A DNA stretch of 64,000 bases from Alphaproteobacteria bacterium (GCA_965261735.1 OZ253470.1:4192001-4256000); one strand, 5' to 3'. Counted from the first letter of the stretch, positions 40,862 through 51,275 are shown. Notes: generated by a model not told the origin, from the letters alone. Translations and numbers: made by a program.

Positions 40862-42346
40862 CTACTCGGCCACCGGAGCGAGCCCCGACAACAGCTCGAG
40901 GATCGGGCCGGGCCAGAGGAAGAGTGCGACGCAGCCGAGCGCCGTGAGCGACAACGGCACGACGCACATCGCCGGGGCTCCGCGGATGGCTACGCGCGCG
41001 GAACCTTCCGACACACGGTCGGCACCGAGGAAAGCGCGCACCACCATGGGCAGCAGGTAGCCCGCACTCAGCAAGGAGCCGAGCATCAGGACGCCGAGCA
41101 TGGCGTACTCGCCGGCATCCACCGTGCCCAGGGCAAGCTGCCATTTGCTCCACAGGCCGCCCAAAGGCGGCATGCCGATGATACTGAGGCTGGCCAGGGC
41201 GAAGGCCGTCATCGTGATCGGCATCCTCCGGCCGATGCCGCGCATTTCGCTCACCTCCGACTTTTGTGCGGCCAACATGATGGCGCCCGCGCAAAAGAAC
41301 AGGGTGATCTTGGCGAACGCATGGGTCGCGATGTGCAGCGCGGCGCCGCGCGTCCCCCAGCCGCTCGCGAGCATGGCGCCAAGCACGATGTAGGCGAGCT
41401 GGCTCACCGTCGAGTAGGCGAGGCGGAGCTTGAGGTTGTCCTGACGCAGCGCCACCAGTGCGGCGATCACCAGGGTTGCCGCGGCCACGTACATCATGAT
41501 GTCGGCGGCGGTGAGCCCGGCCAGCGTCTGCCAGCCGAAAATATAGAGGGACACTTTGAGGACCGCGAACACGCCGGCCTTAACCACGGCGACGGCGTGG
41601 AGCAGGGCGCTCACCGGCGTCGGCGCCACCATGGCGGCCGGCAACCAGCGATGGAATGGCATCAGCGCGGCTTTGCCGATGCCGAACACGTAGAGCACCA
41701 GAAGGAGGCCGACCGCGCCGCTTGCGGTATCGGCGGAGAAGATGCCGCCGCGGCTGAAGTCGAGAGTCCCTGCGAGCACCCACGTCCAGCCGACGGCGAG
41801 CAACAGGAAAGCGATCGAGGTACCGAGAAGGAGACCGAGATAGAGCCGCCCGGCGCGTCGTGCTTCGTCGGTGCCGGAGTGCGTGACCAGCGGGTAGGTC
41901 GAGAGCGTCAGCGCCTCGTAGAACAGGAACAGCGTCAACATATTGCCGGCGAAGGCCACGCCCATCGTGCTCGCCAGCGCGACCGCGAAATAGCTGTAAA
42001 ACCGAGTCTGGTTCGCCTCGCCATGGGCCCGCATGTAGCCGAAGGCGTAGACCGAGGTGAGTATCCACAGGAAACTCGCGACGAGCGCGAACAGCATACC
42101 GAGCGGCTCGACCTCGAAAGCGAAGGAGATCCCGGGGACGAGGTCGAACAGTTTCAGCGCGGGCCGGGTGCCCGCGGCGACCATCGGGTACAACGAGGCG
42201 ACGAGCGCAAACAGGGCCGCCGACGTCACCAGCGTCACCGCTTCGCGCACGTTGGGCCAGCGGCCGGTTAACGCGATAAGGCCTGCGCCCACCAGCGGTA
42301 CCAGGATCGCCAGCGCAATCGCGAAGCCGGGATCGAACGGTCTCAC
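40862..42346 (-). CDS. Mrp antiporter subunit D-family
   Basis: FYE, FHRWLPAAMVAPTPVSALLHAVAVVKAG, YSTVSQL. Confidence 0.85.
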   Translation of the reverse strand: MRPFDPGFAIALAILVPLVGAGLIALTGRWPNVREAVTLVTSAALFALVASLYPMVAAGTRPALKLFDLVPGISFAFEVEPLGMLFALVASFLWILTSVYAFGYMRAHGEANQTRFYSYFAVALASTMGVAFAGNMLTLFLFYEALTLSTYPLVTHSGTDEARRAGRLYLGLLLGTSIAFLLLAVGWTWVLAGTLDFSRGGIFSADTASGAVGLLLVLYVFGIGKAALMPFHRWLPAAMVAPTPVSALLHAVAVVKAGVFAVLKVSLYIFGWQTLAGLTAADIMMYVAAATLVIAALVALRQDNLKLRLAYSTVSQLAYIVLGAMLASGWGTRGAALHIATHAFAKITLFFCAGAIMLAAQKSEVSEMRGIGRRMPITMTAFALASLSIIGMPPLGGLWSKWQLALGTVDAGEYAMLGVLMLGSLLSAGYLLPMVVRAFLGADRVSEGSARVAIRGAPAMCVVPLSLTALGCVALFLWPGPILELLSGLAPVAE

Positions 42347-43821
42347 GGGGCGATCCCGAGGAGGGCCTGCGCGGCCCGGCCCGCCACCCCTAGCGTCAGC
42401 GAGGTATCGAGGCCGAAGTAGACGCTCGCCCCGGCCAAGAGCCAGATCGGGACCAGCATGGAGGGCGGCGCTTCTTGCGCCGCGCTAGCCTCGGCGGGGG
42501 GGTGGAAGTAGGCCGCCTCGACGACCCGCCAGACGTATCCGAGGGCGACGAGCGAGCTCAGCAGGACGACCACCGCTACCGGCCACGCGCCTTCCTCCAG
42601 GGCCGCCACCACGAGTGTCCACTTGCTCACGAATCCGACGGTGAAGGGCACGCCGATGAGGCTGAGACCGCCGACCACGAACGCCGACATGGTGAGCGGC
42701 ATGCGGCGGCCGAGCCCGCGCAAGGCGTCGAGGCTTACGCCGCCCGCGCGCAGTGCGACCGCGCCAAGGCACATGAACAACGCAGCTTTCGTCACCGCGT
42801 GGTTGAACAGATGGACGATCCCCGCGGTCAGGCCCGTGGTCGATGCGAGGCTGATGCCGGCGACGATGTAGCCGATCTGGGCCAGACTCGAATACGCGAG
42901 CAATCTCTTGACGTCGTTCTGGAACAACGCGACGAGCGAAGCTCCGAGCGCCGCCGCCAGGGCGAGCGGCAGCAGGATGGCGCCAAGTGCCATGGTTTCG
43001 AAGGCAAAGTCCGCGCCGAACAGGGTGAAGGTGAAGCGCAGCAGAACATAGACCGCGACCTTGGTGGCGGTGCCGGCGAGCAGCACGGCGACGGCCGAGG
43101 GCGCGTAGGCATAGGCGTTCGGGAGCCACAGGTGGAGCGGAAACAGCGCGATCTTGATGGCGATGCCGACGGTGAGGAAAGCGAAGGCGGCACGAACGGT
43201 CCGCGTGTCCGCGACCGGCGCCACGCGCTCGGCGAGATCGGCAATGTTGAGGGTGCCCGTCATCATGTACAGGAAGCCGATGCCGATGAGGATGAAGGTG
43301 GCCCCGATCGTGCCCATGATGAGGTAGCGGAACGCCGCCGTCAGCGCCCTGCGATCTTGGCCCATGCCAACCAGGACGTAAGCCGACAGCGAGGCGATCT
43401 CGAGGAACACGAAGAGGTTGAAGGCATCGCCCGTGATCGTGACGCCGAGCAGGCCTGCGAGGGCGAGGAGGTAGACGCAGTAGAAGCGGTGGTGCTGCGC
43501 CGCGGCGATCTCGGCGCCGACGCTGGCGCGGGCGAACGGCATGGTCACCGCGGCGATGCCGGCGACGACAACCAGCACGAAGGCGTCGACCGGGTCGACC
43601 CGGTACTCGATGCCCCACGGCACCGCCCAGCCGCCGAGCTCGTAGGAGATCACGCCCGTCTCGAGAACGCGGGCCAGCAGCCATAGCGCAATGGCGAAGG
43701 CCGTCCAGCTCGCCAGCGTCGCCAGCGGCCACGCCAGGGCGCCACGGCGGCTCAGCACGCACAGCGGTGCGCCCACAAGTGGCACCGCCACTTGCAATAT
43801 CGGCAGATGGTCGACGATCAC
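42343..43821 (-). CDS. mrpD: Mrp antiporter subunit D
   Basis: FNLFVFLE, PLHLWLPNAY, KRLLAYSS. Confidence 0.88.
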   Translation of the reverse strand: MIVDHLPILQVAVPLVGAPLCVLSRRGALAWPLATLASWTAFAIALWLLARVLETGVISYELGGWAVPWGIEYRVDPVDAFVLVVVAGIAAVTMPFARASVGAEIAAAQHHRFYCVYLLALAGLLGVTITGDAFNLFVFLEIASLSAYVLVGMGQDRRALTAAFRYLIMGTIGATFILIGIGFLYMMTGTLNIADLAERVAPVADTRTVRAAFAFLTVGIAIKIALFPLHLWLPNAYAYAPSAVAVLLAGTATKVAVYVLLRFTFTLFGADFAFETMALGAILLPLALAAALGASLVALFQNDVKRLLAYSSLAQIGYIVAGISLASTTGLTAGIVHLFNHAVTKAALFMCLGAVALRAGGVSLDALRGLGRRMPLTMSAFVVGGLSLIGVPFTVGFVSKWTLVVAALEEGAWPVAVVVLLSSLVALGYVWRVVEAAYFHPPAEASAAQEAPPSMLVPIWLLAGASVYFGLDTSLTLGVAGRAAQALLGIAP

Positions 43822-44171
43822 GGTTCGTCGTCCAGGCGGATGATTTCGTCCTCCTCGACGCTGCCATAGGCCTCGCGGATGCGAACGATAAGGGCGAGCG
43901 CGAGTGCGGTGGTCGCCACGCCGACGACGATGGCGGTGAGAATGAGAACGTGGGGCAGGGGGTTTGAGTAGACCTCGGCGCCGCCGCCGACGATCGGAGC
44001 CGTGCCGCCGGCCACCTTGCCGACGCTGATGTAGAACAGGAAGACGGAGGTCTGAAAGATGTTGAGGCCGACGAGCTTCTTGACCAGGTTGCCGCGGGCG
44101 ACGACCGTGTAGAAGCCGGCCATCATCAGCACCATGACCACCCAGTAATTGAAGTGGCCGAGCACCGCCAT
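43818..44171 (-). CDS. mrpC: Mrp antiporter subunit C
   Basis: NPLPHVLILTAIVV. Confidence 0.9.
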   Translation of the reverse strand: MAVLGHFNYWVVMVLMMAGFYTVVARGNLVKKLVGLNIFQTSVFLFYISVGKVAGGTAPIVGGGAEVYSNPLPHVLILTAIVVGVATTALALALIVRIREAYGSVEEDEIIRLDDEP

Positions 44172-44174
44172 CGC

Positions 44175-44591
44175 TCAGCGCGTGCGGCCGGCGAACGCGA
44201 AGAAAACGGCGACCATGACGGCGGCGACGGTGATACCGACGCCGAACTCGACCAGTAGGATGCCGAGGTGTTGGCCCTTGGCCGGTTCCGCGGCCAATAC
44301 GGAGTAGTCGAGATAGTTGCCGCCTAGCGCGAGTGCGACGATGCCGACACCGGCATAGATGAGCACACCCGTCGCAACCAGGATCTCTACGGCACCGTCC
44401 GGAGCGACCTGGCGCGCCCGCTCGATGCCGAAGACGAGGCCATACAAGATGAAGGCGGCCGCACAGATGACGCCAGCCTGGAATCCGCCGCCGGGCCCGA
44501 AGTCGCCGTGAAACTGGACGTACAGCCCGAACAGCAGAATGAAGGGAATCAGTATCTTGCTCACCACGCGCAGGACGAGGTGGTGCCTCAT
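44175..44591 (-). CDS. mrpB: Mrp antiporter subunit B
   Basis: HGDFGPGGGFQAG. Confidence 0.9.
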   Translation of the reverse strand: MRHHLVLRVVSKILIPFILLFGLYVQFHGDFGPGGGFQAGVICAAAFILYGLVFGIERARQVAPDGAVEILVATGVLIYAGVGIVALALGGNYLDYSVLAAEPAKGQHLGILLVEFGVGITVAAVMVAVFFAFAGRTR

Positions 44592-45172
44592 CGGTCCTGG
44601 CCCCGCGCCCGGCGGTGCCTCGCCCCGCCGATCAATAGCATGACACCGATACCGGCCGTAAAGATCACCACGACCTCGCCGAGCGTGTCGTAACCGCGAT
44701 AGCTCGCGAGCACGGCGGTCACCACGTTGGGGACGCCGGTCTCGGCCGGGCCGCGCTCGAGATAACGCGGGGCGACGTGCCGGTGCGCCGGCGCCGCCGG
44801 GTCGGCGAAGTCCGGCATGTCGAGGGTGCCGTAGAGCAGCGCCACGCCGGTGGCGCCGACGATGAGGAGCGGCAGCAGCGACGTCTGTACCGGGATTTTC
44901 TCACGCGCGCTGGTGAGGCCGAGCGTGGCGAACATCAGTACGGTCGTGATGCCGGCGCCCACGGCTGCCTCGGTGAAGGCCACGTCGACGGCATCCAGGT
45001 TCACGAACAGTGCCGCCATTACCAAGCTGTAAACGCTGAACAGCATGACGACGGCAACCAGATTGCGGAGCCGGATAACCGTCACCGCGACAACGAGAAG
45101 GAATACCAGCAACGCGATGTCGACTAGATAGGCGATGGCGGATCGTCCTTGGCCTCGGGCGCCTTGACCCAC
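44588..45172 (-). CDS. DUF4040/MnhB-N domain Mrp subunit (start uncertain)
   Basis: AVDVAFTEAAVGAG, PNVVTAVLASYRGYDTLGE. Confidence 0.85.
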   Translation of the reverse strand: MGQGARGQGRSAIAYLVDIALLVFLLVVAVTVIRLRNLVAVVMLFSVYSLVMAALFVNLDAVDVAFTEAAVGAGITTVLMFATLGLTSAREKIPVQTSLLPLLIVGATGVALLYGTLDMPDFADPAAPAHRHVAPRYLERGPAETGVPNVVTAVLASYRGYDTLGEVVVIFTAGIGVMLLIGGARHRRARGQDR

Positions 45173-45465
45173 GGCCTTAGCCCGTTGAACAGGGCGGCCT
45201 TGGCCAGCGCATGCGTAGCGGTCGGGCTGGTGAAAAACAAAAATACGAGGATGAACAACAGCTTGACGCTGATCAGCGAGAGCCCGCTTTGAATCATGAG
45301 GCCAGCGACGATCAGCGCGATGGCCAAGGTATCGGTGATGCCTGCGGTGTGCAGCCGGGTGTAGAAGTCCGGCAGCCGCATCAGACCGATGCTACCGATC
45401 AGTAAGAAAACGCTGCCGGTGGTGAGCAGGATCCAGGTCAGAATGTCGCCGAGTTCCGCTGTCAT
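45124..45465 (-). CDS. mrpG: Mrp antiporter subunit G
   Basis: GLMRLPDFYTRLH...DT, TSPTATH. Confidence 0.9.
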   Translation of the reverse strand: MTAELGDILTWILLTTGSVFLLIGSIGLMRLPDFYTRLHTAGITDTLAIALIVAGLMIQSGLSLISVKLLFILVFLFFTSPTATHALAKAALFNGLRPWVKAPEAKDDPPSPI

Positions 45466-45761
45466 GGTGTCTCCAGCCGGCGCCAACGCTCCTCCTCGCG
45501 GCCCGCCTCGCCGAGGTCGCCAAACTCGAAGAACTTCAGCATTGCAACGGTGGCGATGAAGCTGAGCAGTGGGTAGATCAGAGCGATGTCGACAAAATGC
45601 GGCCGACCGGTCAAGAAGCCCATGACAATGACCAGAATCGTCGTTTTCGTCGTGAACATGTTGACGGCAAGGATGCGGTCGTAAACCGTCGGGCCGACGA
45701 CCGCGCGAAACAGCGTTAGCGTCATGGTCACGAGGATGATCGCCGTGGTAAGGGCGAACAT
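45462..45761 (-). CDS. mrpF: Mrp antiporter subunit F
   Basis: GPTVYDRILA. Confidence 0.9.
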   Translation of the reverse strand: MFALTTAIILVTMTLTLFRAVVGPTVYDRILAVNMFTTKTTILVIVMGFLTGRPHFVDIALIYPLLSFIATVAMLKFFEFGDLGEAGREEERWRRLETP

Positions 45762-46237
45762 CAGTCACGGCCCTCCATGGCGAGGACGCGACGATCCATC
45801 TCTCCGGTCGCAAGATCGTCCGCGAAACCGCCCTCCAGCGCGTGCACCAGCACCTCGTCGCGTTCCAGCAGCACGGCCACGGTGCCGGGCGTCAGCGTGA
45901 TCGAGTTGGCGTAGGTGACGCGGCCCACGGCGGTCCTCTGGCTCGGCACGAGCCGAATCAGGCGCGGGTCGATGGGCAGGCTGGGGGTTAGGATGCGGCG
46001 GGCGACGTCGAGATTGGCGCGCGCTATCTCGACGAACAGCCACGCCCAATAACGCAGCGCGTTGATCCCGAGATGAACGGGGTGGCCCTCGTGGTCGATC
46101 ACGTCCATCCGATGGGTAAGCGCGACAACCAAGGCGCACGACGCGATCCCGAGAATGATCGTCAGTGCCTCGTAATGCCCGGAAAACAAAAGCCATACGG
46201 CCAGTAGCACGACAAACAGACTTGCGGTACGCGTCAT
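45761..46237 (-). CDS. mrpE: Mrp antiporter subunit E
   Basis: ANSITLTPGT, VHAL. Confidence 0.9.
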   Translation of the reverse strand: MTRTASLFVVLLAVWLLFSGHYEALTIILGIASCALVVALTHRMDVIDHEGHPVHLGINALRYWAWLFVEIARANLDVARRILTPSLPIDPRLIRLVPSQRTAVGRVTYANSITLTPGTVAVLLERDEVLVHALEGGFADDLATGEMDRRVLAMEGRD

Positions 46238-46419
46238 GGCCCCTCAATGGTTTTTCAAGGCGCGGCGGTGCGAGAAGATAATATGGATGGCACCGGATGC
46301 CAACTAATGTCGGGGTCGCCCGACCCCCGAAATCAGGAGTGGCCAAGGCCCCGAGCACATTTGTGGAGGGGTGGCGAAAGTGTTAAGATGACGACCAGTA
46401 CGGGGAGGATGTCCAGGCC

Positions 46420-46959
46420 ATGGTAGAAGAGGATCAGCGCTCGGAGGACACGGGGCAAGAAACCGAAGTAGCAACCGGAACCGTCAAATGGTTCAATCGA
46501 ATAAAGGGATTCGGTTTTATTACACCGTCGGACAATTCGAGCGATATTTTTATTCATCTGTCGACGCTGAAGACTCTCGGACTCGATTCCGTTGAAGAGG
46601 GCGCGACGCTGGTGTGCGAGGTCGCGCGTGGACCCAAGGGCCTTCAGGCGGTGCGCGTGATCGAAATCGATGACAGTACCGCGAGCCCGCCGGCGGGCCG
46701 CGTCGGTGGCTTCGATTCAGGGGTGGCGCAGGGGACGCTCGTCGCCGAGGGCCCTTTTTTCGACGCCGTCGTGAAATGGTTCAACGCGGACAAGGGCTAC
46801 GGGTTTCTGTCGAGTGGCGAAGACGCGCCCGACATTTTCGTCCATATCAAGACCTTGCGCCGCGTAGGCATTGAAAACCTGCAGGCGGGTCAGGCCGTTC
46901 GGGTGCGCGTCGGTCAAGGCCCGAAGGGGCCGCAAGCGGCCGAAATCGAAACCGGCTAA
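46420..46959 (+). CDS. Tandem cold-shock domain protein
   Basis: Two copies of VKWFN..KG(F/Y)GF...DIF(I/V)H...GPKG.QA. Confidence 0.9.
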   Translation: MVEEDQRSEDTGQETEVATGTVKWFNRIKGFGFITPSDNSSDIFIHLSTLKTLGLDSVEEGATLVCEVARGPKGLQAVRVIEIDDSTASPPAGRVGGFDSGVAQGTLVAEGPFFDAVVKWFNADKGYGFLSSGEDAPDIFVHIKTLRRVGIENLQAGQAVRVRVGQGPKGPQAAEIETG

Positions 46960-46984
46960 TCACGTCGGCGCCGCGAGCGCGCCG

Positions 46985-47938
46985 TCACTCCAGCTCGACC
47001 GCGTAGTCCGCGACCGGTCGGGCTCGCGCAATCAAGCCCTGTCGCACGAGGAACTCGGCAAAGCGCCGATAACGCCCCCTATCCAGTGCCGCGGGCCGGA
47101 GCGCGAAGCGCGCCAGCGTGTCGCGCCACGCGCGACGGTTGAGCTCGTCGTCGAGTTCCTTGCGGCCGCGCACGAATAGTTCCCAGCTCTCGTCGGTGTG
47201 ATTGACGAGGAACTGCGTCCCCTGCTCAAGGGCGACGAGGAAGCGCTTCAGCGCGGGGTCGCCCAGCCGATCGGTGTGGGCGACCAGGATGAGCTCGTCG
47301 TAGGCTGGGACGCCTTCCTCCTCGACGTAGAACGCCCGGCCGGGCCGGCCCACGAGGTCCATCTGGTTGAGCTCGAAGTTACGAAAGGCGCCAATGACCG
47401 CATCGACTTGGCCGCTGATGAGCGCCGGCGACAACGAGAAATTCACGTTGACCAAGACCACGTCCTCGAGGGCCAACCCGTGCCGGGCCAGCATTGCCTT
47501 GAGGAGCGCGTCCTCGAAGCCGCCAACGGAGAAGCCGATGCGCGCCCCTTTGAGGTCGGCGATCGATTGCACCGGGCCATCGGCCAGCACTACGAGCGAG
47601 TTGAGCGGCGTCGCCACGAGTGTGCCGATGCGCTTGAGCGGGAGCCCCCGGTCGACGTGCATATGCAGCTGAGGCTGGTAGGACACCGCGATATCCGCTT
47701 TGCCGGCCGCGACCAGCTTGGGTGGGTCGTTGGGGTCGGCCGGGGCGATGAACGTAACCTCCAGTCCCTGCGCGGCGAAGTAGCCCTTTTCGAGGGCAAC
47801 GAACAGCGTTGCGTGGTCGGGGTTGACGAACCAGTCCAACATCACCGAGAGCGGCTCCGCCCGCACCTGTCCGGACATCAGCCACACAGCGAGCGCTAGG
47901 ACGACACAGCGGGCGAGGGCGGTATGGAACATCGACAT
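46985..47938 (-). CDS. thiY: ThiY-like hydroxymethylpyrimidine/thiamine-precursor binding protein
   Basis: LDWFVNPDH, SYQP, GAFRNFE; downstream of the TPP riboswitch. Confidence 0.8.
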   Translation of the reverse strand: MSMFHTALARCVVLALAVWLMSGQVRAEPLSVMLDWFVNPDHATLFVALEKGYFAAQGLEVTFIAPADPNDPPKLVAAGKADIAVSYQPQLHMHVDRGLPLKRIGTLVATPLNSLVVLADGPVQSIADLKGARIGFSVGGFEDALLKAMLARHGLALEDVVLVNVNFSLSPALISGQVDAVIGAFRNFELNQMDLVGRPGRAFYVEEEGVPAYDELILVAHTDRLGDPALKRFLVALEQGTQFLVNHTDESWELFVRGRKELDDELNRRAWRDTLARFALRPAALDRGRYRRFAEFLVRQGLIARARPVADYAVELE

Positions 47939-47964
47939 GTGTGGTGACTCCTGGGTCACGAGGC

Positions 47965-48750
47965 TCAGATCGCCTCGGGCTCCCCCTCGGGCGACGACTC
48001 GACCTGCCAGGGCAACGCGCGCCGCAGTACGCGGTCCATGAGCGCGAACAGGAGCACCGACATACCGGCCAAGGTAAACAGGGCTGCGAACAGCAGGTCG
48101 ATCTGCATGCGCCCGTTGGCATGCAGCATGAGGTAGCCGAGGCCGGCACTGGATCCGACCCACTCGCCGATGATGGCGCCGATCGGCGCGACGGCGGTGG
48201 CGATCCGTAGGCCCGACGCCAGCGACGGTAGGGCGGCGGGGATGCGGACGTGGCGCAGCACCGCCCACCGTGCCCGCGGGTGGCCCGCGGTCATGGTGTG
48301 GGCGATGTCGAGCCAACCTCGATCCGTGCGCCTGAGGCCATCGAGAAAGTTGGTGGCGATGGGGAAGTAGATGATCAGCGTCGCCATCACGACCTTGGAT
48401 GCCAGGCCATAGCCGAACCACAGGACCAGGAGCGGCGCGACGGCGAACACCGGGATCGCCTGGGATGCCACCAGCACCGGCATCAGCCAGCGCCGCGCTG
48501 GGCGGACGTGGACGATAAACAACGCACTGGCCACGCCGAGCAGCGTGCCCAAGGCCAGGCCCAGGAGGATCTCGGTCAGCGTTATCGCGGCGTGATGGCT
48601 GATCGCTGCCGCCGCCCCTTGCCAGGCGCGGGCCACCGCCGCCGGGCCCGGGAGGATGTAGGGTGGTACCCCGCTCGCCCATACCACGATCTGCCACAAC
48701 GCCAGGATACCGGACAGGGTGACCGCGGCCCGTGCCAACCGGGCGGTCAT
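47965..48750 (-). CDS. thiX: ThiX-like ABC permease
   Basis: SQAIPVFA.APL, APIGAIIGEW. Confidence 0.8.
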   Translation of the reverse strand: MTARLARAAVTLSGILALWQIVVWASGVPPYILPGPAAVARAWQGAAAAISHHAAITLTEILLGLALGTLLGVASALFIVHVRPARRWLMPVLVASQAIPVFAVAPLLVLWFGYGLASKVVMATLIIYFPIATNFLDGLRRTDRGWLDIAHTMTAGHPRARWAVLRHVRIPAALPSLASGLRIATAVAPIGAIIGEWVGSSAGLGYLMLHANGRMQIDLLFAALFTLAGMSVLLFALMDRVLRRALPWQVESSPEGEPEAI

Positions 48751-49589
48751 GCCGGGCCGACCTCGACAATGCGCGCGGGCGCGCCGGCGCGGGTGGGCCG
48801 CTGCCATACCCCGAGCCGGCGCAACAGGTCGCGGTGCATGAGCCCGACGTCACTCGCGGTCGGGTCGCGCGGCGGCGCACCCAAAGGGACCGTCGAATCG
48901 CTCAGGGTTGCCGGCCGCCCCGTCATAAGGAGCAGTCGGTGACCAAGCCGAAGCGCCTCGACCGGGTCGTGGGTGACGAGCACGACCGTGCGCTCGCGGA
49001 GCAGCTCTGCGGCCAGATCCTGGAGGTCCATCCGCGTCAGCGCATCGAGTGCCGAGAAGGGCTCGTCCATAAGGACGACCGGCCGGTCCTCCATCAGCGT
49101 GCGCGCGAGCGCCACGCGCTGGCGCATGCCGGCCGATAGGGTTGCGGGCCGATCGTCCCCGTGGTCGGCGAGGTCGACCCGCTCGAGCAGCGCGTGGGCG
49201 CGGTCCGTGTCGGTCGTGTCCCCACGCAGGCGGCTCCCCAGCGCCACGTTGTCGAGGGCAGAAAGCCACGGCAGCAGAAGGTCGCCCTGGTCCATGTAGG
49301 CGGTGCGCCCGGCAAGCGGTCGGCCGTCGCCCGCGCGCACCCGACCGGCCGGAATCCTGGGTCCGAGCCCGGCGATCAGACGCAACAGGGTCGTCTTGCC
49401 GATACCGCTCGGGCCCAGCAGGCAGGTCGTGCGACCCGCCTCCAGCGTCACGTCGAGGCCGGCGAACAGCACGCGCCCCTGATACTCGATAATGGCGTTG
49501 ACGATTTCGACCGAGGGTGCCGGCGGCGCGGCGCTACTCCGCGCGCTAGCCGACCCATGTTCGGGATGGAGGATGGCGCCCTCGGCCAT
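48747..49589 (-). CDS. thiZ: ThiZ-like ABC ATP-binding protein
   Basis: GPSGIGKT, LSAGMRQR, MDEPFSALD. Confidence 0.8.
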   Translation of the reverse strand: MAEGAILHPEHGSASARSSAAPPAPSVEIVNAIIEYQGRVLFAGLDVTLEAGRTTCLLGPSGIGKTTLLRLIAGLGPRIPAGRVRAGDGRPLAGRTAYMDQGDLLLPWLSALDNVALGSRLRGDTTDTDRAHALLERVDLADHGDDRPATLSAGMRQRVALARTLMEDRPVVLMDEPFSALDALTRMDLQDLAAELLRERTVVLVTHDPVEALRLGHRLLLMTGRPATLSDSTVPLGAPPRDPTASDVGLMHRDLLRRLGVWQRPTRAGAPARIVEVGPA

Positions 49590-49593
49590 ATCT

Positions 49594-49687
49594 GCACTCC
49601 TTCCTACGCCGGTACGAGCCGGATCAGGTTCGAGGGGTCGTTCCGCCAGGGAACCTCTCAGCCGGAATTTCCGGCTCCCCCGAGTGG
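49594..49687 (-). ncRNA. TPP riboswitch
   Basis: GGGGAGCC...GGCTGAGA...ACCC..GAACCTGATCCGG.TCGTACCGGCGTAGGAA; P1 overlaps the RBS of thiZ. Confidence 0.92.
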
Positions 49688-49786
49688 CGCTGCACTATGA
49701 AACCCCGAGAGCCGCCCGGTCAAGCGGCTTGGCGGCCGCGCGAGGGCGGCGTTTACGAGGCCCCCGTTTCCGGATAAGGAACGCCC

Positions 49787-50245
49787 ATGCTGCGCCGCCT
49801 GGGGTTCCTTCTCGTCGTTGCCGCCAGCCTCGGCGCGGGCCTCGCCGGCGCCCTCGCGCTCGAGCGCTCGCGGCTCGTCATCGTTGCGCCGTCGGGCCGT
49901 CACGCTTTCGATGTCGAGATCGCGGCGACGGCGGCCGACCGCGAGCGCGGGCTCATGTTTCGCCGCAACTTGGCCCCGGATGCCGGCATGCTGTTCGACT
50001 ACGGCGCGCCAACCCGGGTCAGTATGTGGATGAAGAACACCTACATCCCCCTCGACATGCTCTATGTCGCAGATGACGGTCGAATCATTCACATCGTCGA
50101 GCGCACGATCCCGCACTCGCTGACACCGCTGTCCGCCGCCCGTCCCGTGCGTGCGGTGCTGGAGCTCAATGCCGGCACCGCGGCACGCCTCGAGCTGCGC
50201 CTCGGTGACACCATCCTGCACACCACGTTCGGCAATGCGGAGTGA
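49787..50245 (+). CDS. DUF192 family exported protein
   Basis: RGLMFR..L...GMLF, MWMKNTYIPLDM, VLELNAG. Confidence 0.9.
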   Translation: MLRRLGFLLVVAASLGAGLAGALALERSRLVIVAPSGRHAFDVEIAATAADRERGLMFRRNLAPDAGMLFDYGAPTRVSMWMKNTYIPLDMLYVADDGRIIHIVERTIPHSLTPLSAARPVRAVLELNAGTAARLELRLGDTILHTTFGNAE

Positions 50246-50675
50246 GGGGTTGGCGGGGCGCGGGACCGGCGAAGTACCTGACGGCTTTGCCCCGATCGTG
50301 CACAGCGCCCGCTTCGGTGAGCTGATCGGGCCAATCTACGAGAGGGAAGGGGCCGGCGACCTGGTGCGCGCCATTCGCGTGGACGAGAAGCACACCAACG
50401 CGGGCCGCATCGTTCATGGCGGCGCGCTCATGACCTTCGCCGACATCGTGCTCGCCCAGGCCGTCATTAGGGCGCTCGAGGCGAGGCCGGTAACTGTGCG
50501 CCTCATCGGCGACTTCCTCGCTCCGGTACGTATCGGCGCGTGGCTCGAGGGCCGCGCCCATCTCACCCGCCACGGTCGCGCGTTGGCGTTCGCCGAGGGC
50601 GTCTTCACGGTCGGGCCGCAAACGGTGATGACGGCCGCCGCAACCTTCAGCCTGCGCCGCCCGCGGGGGGACTAG
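50235..50675 (+). CDS. PaaI-family thioesterase
   Basis: HTN...VHGGALMTFAD hot-dog motif. Confidence 0.8.
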   Translation: MRSEGLAGRGTGEVPDGFAPIVHSARFGELIGPIYEREGAGDLVRAIRVDEKHTNAGRIVHGGALMTFADIVLAQAVIRALEARPVTVRLIGDFLAPVRIGAWLEGRAHLTRHGRALAFAEGVFTVGPQTVMTAAATFSLRRPRGD

Positions 50676-50733
50676 GGCGGGCGTGCTTGCTGGGCGATGC
50701 CGCTTCGTGTATCTCAGGGCCGAGAGTGAGCGG

Positions 50734-50810
50734 CGGGGCGTGGCGCAGCCTGGTAGCGCGGCTGCTTTGGGAGCAGCAGGTCGCTGGTTCGAATCCAGTC
50801 GCCCCGACCA
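50734..50810 (+). tRNA. tRNA-Pro(TGG)
   Basis: Cloverleaf; anticodon arm GCTGC-TTTGGGA-GCAGC, GTTCGAATC, CCA end. Confidence 0.95.
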
Positions 50811-50838
50811 TGCAGCGCGGGGCCACAATGGAGAGCCC

Positions 50839-51132
50839 ATGCTCGCACGCATTTTTCAACCGACCAAGAACGCGATGCAATCCGGCCGCGCCAATACGCG
50901 CGCGTGGTATCTCGAGTTCGCGCCCGAACAGGCGCGCGAGATCGAGGGCCTCATGGGCTGGACGAGCTCGGCCGACATGAACGGGCAGGTGGTGCTCAAG
51001 TTCGATTCGCGTGCGGCGGCGATCGCCTTCGCCGATGGGCGAGGCATTCCCTACCGCGTCGTTGAGCCCAAGAAACCGACGCCCCAGCGGCGCCCCTATG
51101 CCGACAATTTTCGATACGATCAGATGCGCTAG
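50839..51132 (+). CDS. ETC complex I subunit (NDUFS4-like)
   Basis: ARIFQP.KNAMQSG..W, LMGWTSS.D, YADNF. Confidence 0.9.
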   Translation: MLARIFQPTKNAMQSGRANTRAWYLEFAPEQAREIEGLMGWTSSADMNGQVVLKFDSRAAAIAFADGRGIPYRVVEPKKPTPQRRPYADNFRYDQMR

Positions 51133-51137
51133 CCATC

Positions 51138-51214
51138 GCGCCCTTAGCTCAGCTGGATAGAGCAACAGCCTTCTAAGCTGTGGGTCACAGGTTCGAGTCC
51201 TGTAGGGCGCGCCA
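51138..51214 (+). tRNA. tRNA-Arg(TCT)
   Basis: Cloverleaf; ACAGC-CTTCTAA-GCTGT, GTTCGAGTC, CCA end. Confidence 0.95.
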
Positions 51215-51275
51215 TTATCCTTGCCGATCCTGGCGGAGCAATGGGTCATCGGGCTTCGAGGCATGCGATGGGAGC

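Noticed and set aside
38900-46237. Mrp operon with three D-like subunits as a novel hydrogenase-type complex
   Set aside because: No NiFe or Fe-S subunits; E-F-G-B'-B-C-D-D-x-D is a known Mrp arrangement
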